Shown piece after piece: positions 32,701 through 45,602 of a stretch of DNA of 64,000 nt. The stretch comes from the human T2T-CHM13v2.0 reference genome, Homo sapiens. The stretch lies in NCBI RefSeq assembly GCF_009914755.1, contig NC_060933.1. The stretch is one strand, 5' to 3'. The translations under genes were made by a program, and so were the position numbers. The first letter of the stretch is position 1, and each line of letters begins with the position of its first letter. The notes under the pieces were generated by a model. It saw only the letters and a program-made list of their open reading frames with translations, did not search any database and was not told the DNA's origin.

Positions 32701-35427
32701 AATGATTATTTAAGATCCTCAGTTCTGGAAAAGGAATAGCTAACTAAATTACAAATTAGCATTTCTTCATCTTAAACTGTTATATTCACAAACATTATAA
32801 TGATATGCCCAAAACAAGTTGGTTAAATAAATCAGTCGATTAAATTCCCTGTCCCTCAGCCGTGTTCCAACTCCTGATCTGCCTTTTTGAAAATATTTGA
32901 GAGATGATTGGATGACATCACTTCATAAAATGCTGCAATCTTTTTCTCAATTTTATGTTTTTCTATTAGTTCCTAATCCGATAAAATTGAGGAAACATTA
33001 ATTACACTATTAATAGTATAGTAACTTGTTTAAAGGATAAAAATGCATTCTAAATTTCTAAACTGAAAAAAATGTTTAAATACAATTAGTGTTGAATTAA
33101 AAAATAGATGAGGTTAACCTGCCTTTGGAAAAAGCAACAGCTAATCAGAAAAAGGAAAATCCAAATAAATTAAGTCAAAAGAAAATCTTAACTCTATTTG
33201 CCTTATGATGACTACAAATTCGTCATACAGCAGACCATGATGTAACCATAAATCCAAACCAAGATACAGAGAAGAGTAAAACATATATTATATGTCAGTT
33301 TCTAATTTAGTCTACACCGTAATCTTCTGATTTAGGTCAAGCATCCTAATTACTTTTCTTTAAGAATAAAACTTGATCTTCTAAAGTCTTAGATGTATAG
33401 CTCAAGAAAAATATGAGCTAGACCCTGGGGGCTCAAAAATAAGCATATAGAGCTAAGGGGGTTAAAATAATTCAAAATCAGGTCTAATTAGGCCTCCACA
33501 GGCTGCTGATTTCGCTAATATCTGAACGACACCCAGGGAACATTGACTATGTTCTTGCTCCTAGATTGAAGATTTTAAAAATTTGCAAAATGATCCTTAT
33601 TTTACTCAAAATCATCTCTGCTAAATAATAAATAAAATAGATAATAGAAATGAGCTTCAAGAAATAAATTTACTTGAATTACTGTTTCATTTTCTGTTTT
33701 CTCTACTGAATATTAATAAAAATAATTACAAAATTATTTCATGTCCCTTTAATTTGTCTGACTTACATTAACATTTGAAAATCAGATTTCAAATTTTAAA
33801 AAATTGAAAAAGGAGAGATATGAGTGCGAGGAGTAGGGTGATTGCTATAGAGTTGTCTAATTTTATTGGAGGATATACACGATTTGCACAGTAGTTTCTC
33901 ATTAAATATTTGACTTTGTTCAAGAAATAGCACTAAAAGTAGATTTGTACTATGAAATTCATGGTGAAATTGTGATCTTTGGTGGCTTACAAATCTATTT
34001 AATATAAAAAACTGAAGCGGTATGAATTGAAGACAAAGAATATGTGATGGCTCAAAATATAAAATGAATGCTACATTGGTCCAATACTCGAGTTCCGATC
34101 TGACAAAGGTCTTCACAGATAAGTTATTTTTCAGTCTAATATATATTCAAGCAAACACTACAATAGGTAATGTTTTTAATAACAAAACAACTACTCTAAT
34201 ATTAATTACCACAATTTTAATACCTGTTACCAAAAGCCAGGGGTTCAGTGTGGCACATAACAGCTGATGTATGTATATTTGAATAGTGATTTTCAAACTT
34301 TCATAATAAAATGGCCCCTCAACCTTATCATTATTTGTTTGACAATTGAATAATTTTAGTGAGAAGAAATGAGCAGACTTAATAAGCTTAATGGGATGCT
34401 ATATTAATCAGAAGAAATTATAAAATCCAGCACAGAAGCTTCCATTTTAAAGGTCTATGGAGACATGCAAAAAGAAAAATAAGCAAAGAAACCAAAGAGA
34501 AAATGGCAAAATATATGGTATAATTTTTAAATTTTTATCTTCATCTTACCCCAAACTGCTTTAGAGATCACAATATTTTGTCTGAGACAATGCTATTTCA
34601 AAATAAATAGGTAAATAAAAAAGTAGATGAAATGGAACAAGTATTTAGAAAAAAATACAAAACAGAAATAATTCACCTATGATCTTTAACAATTTTCAGA
34701 TAATCAGCAGAAATCAAGACCCAAAACATAGCTATCCTGTCAGGAAAGTCTGTAGATGCAGTTACCAGGCATAAACTACAATGTTTTTTCCGTCTACACC
34801 AAAATCCCTGTATATAATCTATAATGCCATGATAATGTTCTCTCCCCATTTTGACTACTTAAAAGTGTTTCATGGATATATTTTGTATGTTATTTATTTA
34901 CCATCTATTCTTTCTTAGATAATTGTAGGATATTTCTGAGGAATGATAACCTCTTTTTTCCTATAATGGATTGTGAATAAAACATGAATAAAGTAAACTG
35001 AAGACATTAATTTATATCCCAGATTTAAAAGTAAATAATATCAAATGAAACTGTGCTAGGATTGCATTTTTAGACACCATTTTCTCTCTCAAAATATTCT
35101 CCCTGGGTAATTTGATTCAGTCCATGTGGTCAATTATATTCTTATATTGATGAATGTCAACTCTTTATCATATTTCTCTTCTAAATTTTAGACTCATGTA
35201 TGTTGGTGGCAACTGAAATGTTTCATTTTATGGGTCCTTCAATTTCAAACCTGTCCAAAATTGAATTGGTCACCTTTCTCTACATACCTGACCATTCTTG
35301 ATGATTATCTGACTATTTGGAAGGGCCATACCATCTATTTCTCTATTCATTAACCTGGGAGTAATCCTTCATACCTCTTTACCATCACCTTCCAGCCTTT
35401 TCAGGAGGCCTTCTATTCTGGATATTA

Positions 35428-35840
35428 TGATGCTTCCATCCACAGAGTTCTTCAGGGCTGAAAGACCTAGTAGCAATAAGTGCTGCCAGTTGTCAGTCAT
35501 CAGCTGTCATCTCTCTTCAGGGATTGCTCCCAGCTGAAAAGACCTCCCTATGCTTTCTCCCTTTTGCTGTGGGCAGCCTTCATCCAGTGACTACTCCATG
35601 TGGGTAGATCCAAAGACTTGGCACTTTGTGTCCAACCCAGGACAACTCTGAATGGCCAACTCAGTTACAGCTAAATCCTTTCCTGATGTGGAACTGCAGC
35701 CTAACTTTACTCTCTGCCCAATCCTCCCTCTTTCTCTTACCCCACAAGTGTTAATTATTCTCAATAATGCTTTCTAATTACTTTCCTAAAGCTCCTTGTC
35801 ATCTTAAAATTGGCTTCTTGGGAAAGTCTATGTGCAATAT
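35428..35840 (+). mobile_element. LTR16A-like ERVL solo LTR
   Basis: tcagctgtc...agggattgctcccagctgaaaaga...gggcagccttcatccagtgact...ggacaactctgaatggcca...ctctgcccaatcct is collinear with LTR16A. Confidence 0.75.
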
Positions 35841-36254
35841 CTGCCAATTAAATGTCGCAACTAAATTTCAAGTGTATTCAATTCTTCTCCAAATCGACTT
35901 CCCTCACCCAAAGATGTTACTTACATTCATTTCTCGTCCAGATCTCTGCTTTCCAACTGAACTTCTCACCCCTCTCTAATCAGTTCTTTCTTCAAACAAA
36001 GTGGACCTTAAAAAATTAAGCTAATTATGTAAATTCCATGGATTAAAATGTGGTTTTAGTTTTCCCATGCCTTTGGGATGTCCAGTCTCTCTAACATGGC
36101 TTTTCATGATCTGGTCCCTGGTTATATTACATTTCAAGGCTATTTTGAATCATCTCTTTATCTCATAGACCCTACTCATTTTGTCTTAACTACCCTCTTT
36201 GCTCCAGAAATTATGAACTTTGTTCACTTCTTTTCTAAAGTATTTTAATGTAGC

Positions 36255-36545
36255 AACATAATATAATAAAGTGTAAGGATTAGGGACCTTGACCCAGGAG
36301 GCTGTCATATTTGGGACTGATACCTAACTATACAACTCAAGCTGCATGACTTCTGCCAAATTATTTACCTCCCTATACCATGCTATCTGCATTTCTAAGA
36401 TCACAATAAGAAAAATTACTTCAAAGAGTTGTTTAATGATTAGATCTAAATAGAAAGGTTAATTAGAAAGCACAAAGTGAGATATAATGGCTCTGAAAGT
36501 GCTTGGCAAACTACCCAGCACAAATTCATTAACCAATGTGGGTAG
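36255..36545 (+). mobile_element. MIR SINE
   Basis: MIR core-like gctgcatgacttctgccaaattatttacctccct...cttcaaagagttgtttaatgatta...gagatataatggctctgaaagtgctt. Confidence 0.55.
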
Positions 36546-37172
36546 CTCTCTTCATCATAATCATCATCTTCAAGCATTGACTTCTCCATCTCAGAAAGGC
36601 TCAAACCTTTTGATTGCTAGGTTCTCATGTTTGTTACACCTCAGTTTAAGTGCCAATTGGCAATTCTCTGGCAACACTTTCTTAGACTCACTTAGATTAG
36701 CTGTATTTAATATGCGGTCACATTTCACATTATATTTTTCTTATGTTAATATTTTAAAACACTAAATACTCTCCATTGGGTCATAAACAATATTTGTTTT
36801 AGCTTTGAATATAAGGACCTATTATAGTATCCATTTTATGGTTAACTTATAACAAATAATAATTTCAGTGACTGAATGATTGAAACAATGCATTTTTTTC
36901 ATAGGTGTTTTCTTCTCAAAGGCTGTTCTGAGATAGAGTCTAATAACGTGTTGAGTGCTTCTAAATAAACACCGTTTAATTATATAATTAATTCTGGAAA
37001 ACAGATCATAAAACATGTATAATATGTAATAAATTATATTAATTTTAAAATTGCAATGTTATTTTTATATTTAAAATAAAATACAGATTGAAGAAGAACA
37101 CAGGTACAAAAAAACATATATCTATTCATCTAGACAAGCAGATAAATGCCTTATAATCCATATAACTAGAAC

Positions 37173-37398
37173 TAGTGGTTCTTAGCTAGCCTGGGAGGAA
37201 TTGCCTGGCCAAAGAATATTTGACAATTTCTGGAGGAAATTTTTGTTTGTCATAACTTTGGGGGAAAGCAGGTGCTACTGGCATCTAGAGAGCAGAGGCT
37301 TGGGCTGCTGTTAATAGTTTACCATGCACGAGACAGCCCCCTATATGGAAGTATTATCTGACCCAAAATATGAATAGTACAAAGGCTGAGTAAGTCTG
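37173..37398 (+). mobile_element. MER20 hAT-Charlie MITE
   Basis: tagtggttctt...atttgacaatttctggag...tttgtcataact...gtgctactggcatctag...gacagcccc...tattatctgacccaaaatatgaatagt...ggctgagtaagtctg. Confidence 0.85.
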
Positions 37399-38231
37399 CA
37401 GTAGGGTAAGGAAGCCAGCATTTTAAGAAATATAAGATAAAAAATTCAGAATGTCCAGTGTATGTTGTAGGATGACAGGCTTTTTAATGAGATATTTTTA
37501 AGAACAGGATGATGGCACTCTTTCTGAGCGGTAAAAGAACATGTGCCTTGAAGTGAGGACAGGGCTTGCTGATCTTGGCAAAGGCATTCCGACATCTAAC
37601 TTTAAAATTAAATAAATGCAGAAGTTAATTTTTGTTCATGTATGTCAAAAAGAAAAGAGAAAACTGATGTGAATAAAATTATTCAGTTAGAATAGCTGAC
37701 AAAGCAAATGAGAAAATGAGCTCATGATACTTGGTACATATTACTCTTCTCACAGGACACACGCCATGAAATGTGCTATACGGCCTTAGACTGAAGGGTT
37801 AAAGCAAACTGTTTCCACCATATCATTTGGGAGAAAGTTCTGCAAAGTAATAGAATTGCACAACGATTTTCTCAGTAGAGTAATTATAAAGGAAATTTAA
37901 ACATGTAAAGAAGTGGGCTAGTTTTATTTTTTAAAAAGCTCTTTAATAAAACTGGCTATAACCAGATTGAACAAATGCCTGTGTAGGTGGGCAGCTGACA
38001 TGAAATTCTGTATTAGGTAACAGAAGCACTGTTTCAAAACTGGAATCTTTGCCCACTCAGCCTAATGAATTATTCACATGTAACTCCTTTCCTATCATTG
38101 ACAGCTAAAACGGCTTAGCTAAGTTCAGTTGAAATGGAGAGTTAAAGAAAATGTACAGCCACATGCAAACTGGGCTCAGCTAGATTTTCACTATCAAAGC
38201 GAAGTAAAAATGTGAGGCAATTATAAGAAAT

Positions 38232-38235
<4 letters not shown>

Positions 38236-38270
<35 letters not shown>

Positions 38271-38284
38271 TGTGTATATATATA
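38236..38284. repeat. (TG)n(TA)n microsatellite
   Basis: About 19 TG units followed by TA units. Confidence 0.95.
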
Positions 38285-38339
38285 CTGTGAACCTTGTATT
38301 TATTACCAAATTATCATATATATATAAATATATATATCT

Positions 38340-38492
38340 TCAGTTTTCAAGTTACTTCATGTGTCTGAATATTTGTTTCCTAAAATACAAAATATGTATA
38401 TTAATATTTTCTATGATTATTCATAGATTTTGGGTTAAAATGTACAGAAACTCAATGCTATCTAATGATTTAGATGCTCAATAAAAGTTAAA
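38340..38492 (+). mobile_element. MIR remnant
   Basis: caagttacttcatgtgtctgaatatttgtttcctaaaatacaaaat...tagatgctcaataaaagtta. Confidence 0.5.
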
Positions 38493-39735
38493 ACATATTT
38501 ATAGTACCTACTAGAGCAGTTTCAAAACTTAAAGGCTGGAACTTAAGTTTATTTGTTGTACTCAAACTATCATCATAATTTTGTAAATGATAACTGGCGT
38601 TCCATGCTCAATCAGGAGAAAAACGTAAATGCTTATTTTAGACAATAGGAAATGGATAATTTCCAGTGAGAGTGAGATACATAGAGGTTTGTTATCAGAC
38701 GCTGCAGCAGAAGTTGACTTTTTTTTTTAACATTTCTGAAACACCTGAAGTCTGTGGTATGTGTCTAAAATTAATCCCTGTCAATGAAAAAAAAATAAGG
38801 TCATTATATTAATTTTTCTTTAGAAGATTTTAACTGAGAAAGGTAATTTAAATTTGGGAAAACAACTAGAATCAATATATTGCAGAGCCTCTGCCACAGG
38901 AAGTTTTTCACATTCTCATGAAGTCTAGTTAAGTGTACCATAGAACTTTAGTGTTGTTTTTCTATGGTCTCCCCACCCTAATTCTCTTCTTTACTTGACC
39001 TTCCCTTGTTCTGACTATCACACGCCACCACATTTACTAAACATCATCACCGCTAAAACTGGTCAATTGTGTTACTTTCACCGAATCCTGTGGTTCCTGA
39101 AATAGACAGATACTTCTGCTTGTTGCAATTACTGCTTCTCCTTGATCCTGTTCATCCAAATAAGTCTCACTATTTATGCTCAGTAATATTACTTCCTTAA
39201 GCAAAACTCTCTGACTCAGGTCCTTCTGCCAACCATCTTTCTTGGTACCCTGCTGCTTGCACTTAACTTCTGCCAATGATCCCCTGCAAAATCTGCAGTC
39301 CTGTGGCTCTGTTGTGTACTCTGGTGAAGTGGAAGAAATAGCTTCGTCTTTCCCTACCACTGTTTTAAATGTGTTTTACTTCCTACCAGGGAGTAATGGT
39401 AGAACTGCCAAATACACAAAAGTAATGAAACTCCATTTCCTTTATTTACAAAATAAATCCTTCCCACCCTAGTACTTCTCAAGCCATAGAAATGGATTTA
39501 TTAGGACTTAAATAAGAGGCAAAGCAGTGTCAGATGTTAAGTGATTTTCCTGAAGTTTACAACATAAGCTGTGTCACCCAGTTTACATGATAGCATGTGA
39601 CACACACATAAAGCCAAAGCATGCATCTGTTGCCTGCACATCAGGGACCATTTACCAGGTAGGGCCTTACTGCTGATTTGCTCTTTTCAGAAATGAATCA
39701 TATGGGTCTTCTAATTTTAGAAAAATGCCGTACTT

Positions 39736-41446
39736 AAAAAAGCCTTTCATTTTAAGTTCAGGGGTATATGTACAGGTTTGTTACATAGGTAAACTTGAGT
39801 CATGGGGGTTTGTTGTGCAGATTATTTTATCACCCAGGTATAAATCTCATTAGTTATTTTTCCTCATTCTCTCTTCTCACCCTTCACCCTCCAATAGGCC
39901 TCATTGTGTGTTGTTCCCCTCTATGTTTCCATGTGGTCTCATCATTTAGCTCCCACTTATAAGTGAGAACATGCAGTATTTGGTTTTCTGTTCCTGTGTT
40001 AGTTTGCTAAAGATAATGGCCTCCAGCTCCATCCATGACCCTCTAGTTCGTTTTGATGACTGCATAGTATTCCATGATGTACATGTACCACATTTTCTTT
40101 ATCCAGTCTATCATCGATGGCCATTTAGCTTGATTCTATGTCATTGCTATTGTGAATAGTGCTGCAATGAACATATGCCTTCATATGTCTTTATAACAGA
40201 ATGATTTATATTCCTTTGTGTATATACCCAGTAAAGGGATTGCTGGGTCAAATGATATTTCTGTCTTTAGGTCTTTCAGGAATCATCACACTGTCCTTTA
40301 CGATGGTTGAACCTAATTTACATTCCCACCAACGGTGTGGGAGTATTCCTTTTTCTCTGCAACCTTACCTGCATCTTTTTTTTTTTTTACTTTTTAATAA
40401 TAGCCATTCTGACTGGTGTGAGATGGTATCTTGTAGTTTTGATTTGCGTTGCTCTAATGATCAGTGATGTTGAGCTTTTTAAACATATAATTGTTGGCTA
40501 CATGTATGTCTCCTTTTGAGAAACATCTGTTCATGTTCTTAGCCCACTTTGTAATGGGATTTTTTTTTTTTTTTGTAAATTTGCTTAAGATCCTTATAGA
40601 TGCTGGATATTAGACCTTTGTCAGATGCATAGTTTGCAAAAATTTTTTCCCATTCTGTAGCTTGTCTGTGTATTCTGTTGCTAGTTTCTTTTGTTGTGCA
40701 GATGCTCTTGAGTTTAATTAGATCCATTTGTCATCTTTTGCTTTTGTTGCAATAGGCATCTTCATGATGAAATCTTTGCTTATGCCTATGTCCGGAATAG
40801 TACTGCCTAGGTTGTCTTCCAGGGTTTTTTATACTTTGGGGTTTTATATTTAAGTCTTTAATCCATCCTGAGTTAATTTTTGTATATGGTATAAGAAAGA
40901 TATCCAGTTTCACTCTTCTGCATATGGCTAGCCTGTTATCCCAGCACCATTTACTGAATGGGGAATCCTCTCCCCATTGCTTGTTTTTGTCAGATTTGTT
41001 GAAGACCAGATAGTTGTAGGTGTGCAGTCTTATTTCTGGGTTCTCTATTCTGTTCTGTTGGTCTATATGTCTGTTGTACCAGTACCATGCTGTTTTGGTT
41101 ACTATAGCACTGTAGTATAACTTGAAGCTGGGTAGCATGATGCCTCCAGCTTTGTTCTTTTTGGTTGGGATTGCCTTGGCTATTCGGACCCTCTTTTTTG
41201 TTCCATATGAACTTTTAAATAGTTTTTTCTTGTCCTGTGAAGAATGTCAATGGTAGCTTAATGGGAATAGAATTGAATATACAAATTGCTTTGGGCAGTA
41301 TGGCCATTTTAATGATATTAATTCTTCCTACCTATCAGCATGGAATATTTTTCCATTTTTTTGTGTCATCTCTGATTTCTTTGTGCAGTGGTTTGTAGTT
41401 CTCATTGTAGAGGTCTTTCATCTCTGTATTTAGCTGTATTCCTAGG
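39736..41446 (-). mobile_element. 5'-truncated L1PA13-15-like LINE-1
   Basis: Antisense 3'UTR (aagttcagggg...ataggtaaactt...cagattattttatcacccagg) and ORF2 C-terminal fragments (TKTAWYWY). TSD gaaaaatgccgtactt (39720-39735) / gaaaaatactgtactt (41447-41462). Confidence 0.93.
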
Positions 41447-44194
41447 GAAAAATACTGTACTTGCTTTATTCAAACATTGCTGGAGCTGAAATAAAGAAAG
41501 ACAACAGGATGTTGTTACCATGACTCTGAAGCTTTCAATATGCAAACGAAAAAGTATGCTAAACTTACTTTCTGGGCTAGTTCTGGTGACTGAATCCCTT
41601 TTATTTCTACCAGCTCCAGGGAGGACACACAACCAGAAAAAGCCTGTGTAGGCATATCCTGATGTCCATTCTCTGTCACTCTATTAATATATTATCAGTG
41701 GGAGGAATGATTCAATTAGACACCTAAGATTTTTAAATTTAACACATTAGCTTTTAAGGATCCGGGGATTTAGGCAGAGTCTCAAAGGTAGGTGGTCTTC
41801 ACAATTTCATTGTCCTACTAAAATTCTTATGTCTCTTCCAGGAGTGGAGTTTAATTACTGAGTCAAGTCTTGTTAACTGACTTTTTTCCTCTAGGATGTT
41901 TTTTTCCCAGTTTTTTTTTAGGATGTTTTTATTTTTAAGTTAAATACCAGTCTCTGAGACCTATTAAAGCTGGAATCTTCTTTGGTTACTATGCTCATTA
42001 AACTAAAGATACATATTTGTTCTAGTGCAATTGATGCTTCTCTAATTTCCTAATAGAAAAGAAAAAGGAATAAAAGCCACAAGTAAATTTGATTCAGAGC
42101 TTTCCCAATTGACCAGAAGATGGAATTCTTCAGCATGACTTCTTATCTCTTTAGCAAACCAAGTTAGGGAGGAAGATCAGAGATGACCTGAAATATCAAT
42201 TCAATTGGGAAATGTGATGGAGGACTATAATTGTGGTGAGATTAACTGTATTTTCAAATATAAAAAATGAAATTGCAGTATATCATATACTATTCTTACT
42301 TAAATTTGATAGCAACCTAGTGAAACTTATGAATTTTTAAAATGAATTTAATTGGCTCATTTCACATTAGGAAGTCAATGCTTGTTAAATTATTTAAAAA
42401 AGACATATAATGATTGGGTCAAATTCTATTATGAAAATGTCTTTACAGTGAAATATTCACTGCAATGAGTACATTTTCAATGCACAAGTTAATAAACTAT
42501 AAGGCTTTGGAGGGTCCTTAAAATAATAATATCAAGAAACTGGTAATTCAGTATGACAAATAATTTTAAACAGACTGCTAGAAATTATTATCGTGTCTCC
42601 TTTTCATTCTTTTCTTTGTTAACCTTTATTTAAATACAAAAGTGCTATGTGGGAAACAGACTTTAAGTGTGACACTCGTACCTTTAAGGAAAATTACACT
42701 AATCATATTCTCTTACTGACCAATTAACTAAATCATCTTTTCTAATAGTAACACAATGAGCTCATCACCTCCTTAATGTCTTGGGAACAAAATACATAGC
42801 TAAAATTTTTTTTTCCAAAGAAAGAGATATCAGCCTGAGCCCTGATATAGCTCGGTATGTCTCTGATGCTCTATAAATAAGCTTTGGAAAGAAAAAATAT
42901 GACTTTGAGATATAAAGTATACAAAAAGCTAAATCATCTTGATATCGATATATAACTTTGAAATGGTATATTTTACATATATGTATATGTATTTGAAATT
43001 TTCAATGAAAATAATTTCTAACTTTGGTTAAATTTTAAAGTATTCATCTATTCAGAAACAGCTTGAGAAAAATCATCTCAATTAATTATTTCTGAGTGGG
43101 GAAATGGCCATGAAAATTTTGATCAAATATTAGGGAGATATTGAGAGGTTGCAAGCAACATTACATTTGATCAACACAGCACGGAAAATAGATGCATGGA
43201 CAGTATTGCATAGATGAATAGTCCCTCTGCACTCAGGACAGTGGTGATCTGATAAGTGACTGAGTCTTTCCTGAATGAAAATAAGCTTTCTATAAATTTT
43301 AATTTCTAACAAAGCTAAGTAACTAAAAATTTCATCTCCCTAAAAGACTACATTTAGTGGTTTCTCTTACCAGAAACGTAACAAAAAAATAATAATAATA
43401 AATGCCTGAGTCACTCACCAGATAGGATTGAGTGAGCATGGCTATGTCAGCCCCCAAAAGCCATCACTTTGTGGCTGATGACTCATGAAAACATGTCTAG
43501 CTAATGAAAACATGACTAGCTTCCATTCTCTGCTGCAGCTAACAATCCTGGTTACTTTTTACCTAATAAATAATTCCTAAGATATGGTACTATTGCAGGC
43601 ATCAGTACACAGTTGTTAGCTAGATTCTCATTTATCTTGAGGTCCATGTACTCTCATATTTTTTTTGAGATAGGATTGCAAGGAGGAACCACCAAGTTAT
43701 TAACTCACTAGCCAAGATAAGAGATGGAGACAGATCTTAAAATGGTCACATTGCCTTCTTTACCACAACCATCTGCATCATCTTCAAGCTAGAGAGAGCA
43801 CTGGCCTTACCAAGGAGAAGCTGGCCATTTCTGCATTCTCAGAAAGTTCAGGGGAATCTGGAGACTAAAGATTTTCAGTTGTATAAATACAGATGGCCTG
43901 ATTTCATGTGCGGGGTCTCTTTCTTTCCTAATCACAGTGCTGCCCTGATCATTGCAGACCTGTCTAGATAGAGAATAAAAAATTTGTAGAGCTCTCTCTA
44001 CACTTATGGTTAAGTTCTGAACCCAACTCTCAATTTTTTCCTGACTTCTAGGTTTGAGGCATCTCTGATCTACTTATATGCCCCCCAAAATGTTCACTGG
44101 CTTTGACACCAACCTTTTAATTTATGGTTTATCATTCTCCACCTTTCCTTGTCTCTCTTCACAGCATCAATTTCCCCTTTCAGCAGCCACTCCT

Positions 44195-44330
44195 TTCATT
44201 TTTCTTCCAAAGTGGCTGTACTCTTTTGCATTCTTACCAGCAGTGAATGATCATTTCTGTTGATCCGCATCTTCTTTATTAATTGACATTGTCACATTAA
44301 AAATAATTGTCAATCTGACATATGTACGGT
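44195..44330 (-). mobile_element. Ancient L1M ORF2 fragment
   Basis: ttccaaagtggctgtactcttttgcattcttaccagcagtgaatga...gttgatccgcatc. Confidence 0.6.
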
Positions 44331-45602
44331 TTGTCTTAGCAGAAGGGTCACAAGAAAAAAGAAGAAATATGTACATATAGATTTCTGTTGAAGAACAACT
44401 GTGAAATATGCACTACAGAAGTTGGTACAACAAGGTTGGACATTAATATTATGACCCAAATAATTACACTAAATTTGTGGAAATGTTAGTAACGTTAATG
44501 TCATTAAATATTCCAATTTATAGTATCTCTTCCTCCTCTTTTAATTCACATATTCTTTTTTCCTCAAAGTGCCCTTCTTTTTCTATAGAATGATAAAAAA
44601 TGGTATATAACATCCATTGCAATAACTTTAAATTCTTCCTTATTACCTCTGGTGATATTTTATGACAGATTCCTTACTTTTTGCCTCATTATTGTAGATT
44701 TTTTTTTCTGCAAACATATCAGTAGGAATAATACAGTCTTGAATTCTAAAAAACTCTTCTGTTTACCATATATCCTCACAAGCTTCTTTGGTTTGATTTT
44801 ATTATTAAGCATTAAATTCAAAATTACCAAAGATTACCTGCTACATAGAAGATTGAAAAGAAGAGTTCCCAATAAGATGCAGGAAAGAAAAATGTTTAAA
44901 ATATTTGTAATGGGGTTAAATATTATTTTAAGAGTTGTGTTAAAAAAAAAAGCATATGTCTTAAATAACCAGATTAAAAGACCAGTAGTTATTACTCCAA
45001 AATATATTGAACTGTCAAAGTACCCATGATGTACTTAGAAATGATTCAAAATGTGTACTTGGAACTAACCTGAAATAAAAATAAAATTCACCTATTATTA
45101 TGTAGTGTTTTGCTCAGTAATTTGAAGAATCTCATCCTGAAAGAATAACAGAGACTTAGTTTAACAAGGGGCATGGGGATAGTCAAGAAATGTGTCAATT
45201 TATTATTAAGCATAAAAATAAAGGAAGAATAACTAATGTTAAATGAGTGATTTATGATGATATGGAAATACATTATTATAATGTAGTATCTTTGTTGTGG
45301 CTTATGTAAAAGTTAAACTATGACTTTGAAAATAAATTCCAAAAATTGCTAATGAATCACTAGCATTAATTAGTATGTAGTCACATGTAGTTTAATGTTT
45401 TTATAGTGAAAACCAAAGGAAAAATTGAAAATATTTTATAAAAGCATTTCATTGAATTTTAGTTTATTCAACATTACATACTGCTAGGAAATTGAGGCTT
45501 GATTTTATGTTAAAATGCATTAACACAAAATATTATTTTATAAAAATATAAAAGTATTGAGCATATTTTTTATATTATGTTTAACATCAATTTAATTTTT
45601 TT

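Larger units (their letters stand above)
35060..36880 (+). mobile_element. L2 LINE remnant, fragmented by LTR16A and MIR
   Basis: Pyrimidine-rich L2-like text (ctccctgggtaatttgattcagtcc, ttcaaacctgtccaaaattgaa, taacatggcttttcatgatctggtccctg), ending ttcagtgactgaatgattgaa. Confidence 0.5.

Noticed and set aside
37741-38020. Possible exon after the acceptor-like ttactcttctcacag (37755)
   Set aside because: No strong downstream donor or open frame; cannot be supported without RNA or conservation data.
44652-45029. 125-aa ORF
   Set aside because: F/I/K/L-biased composition typical of random AT-rich frames, with a GTG start.
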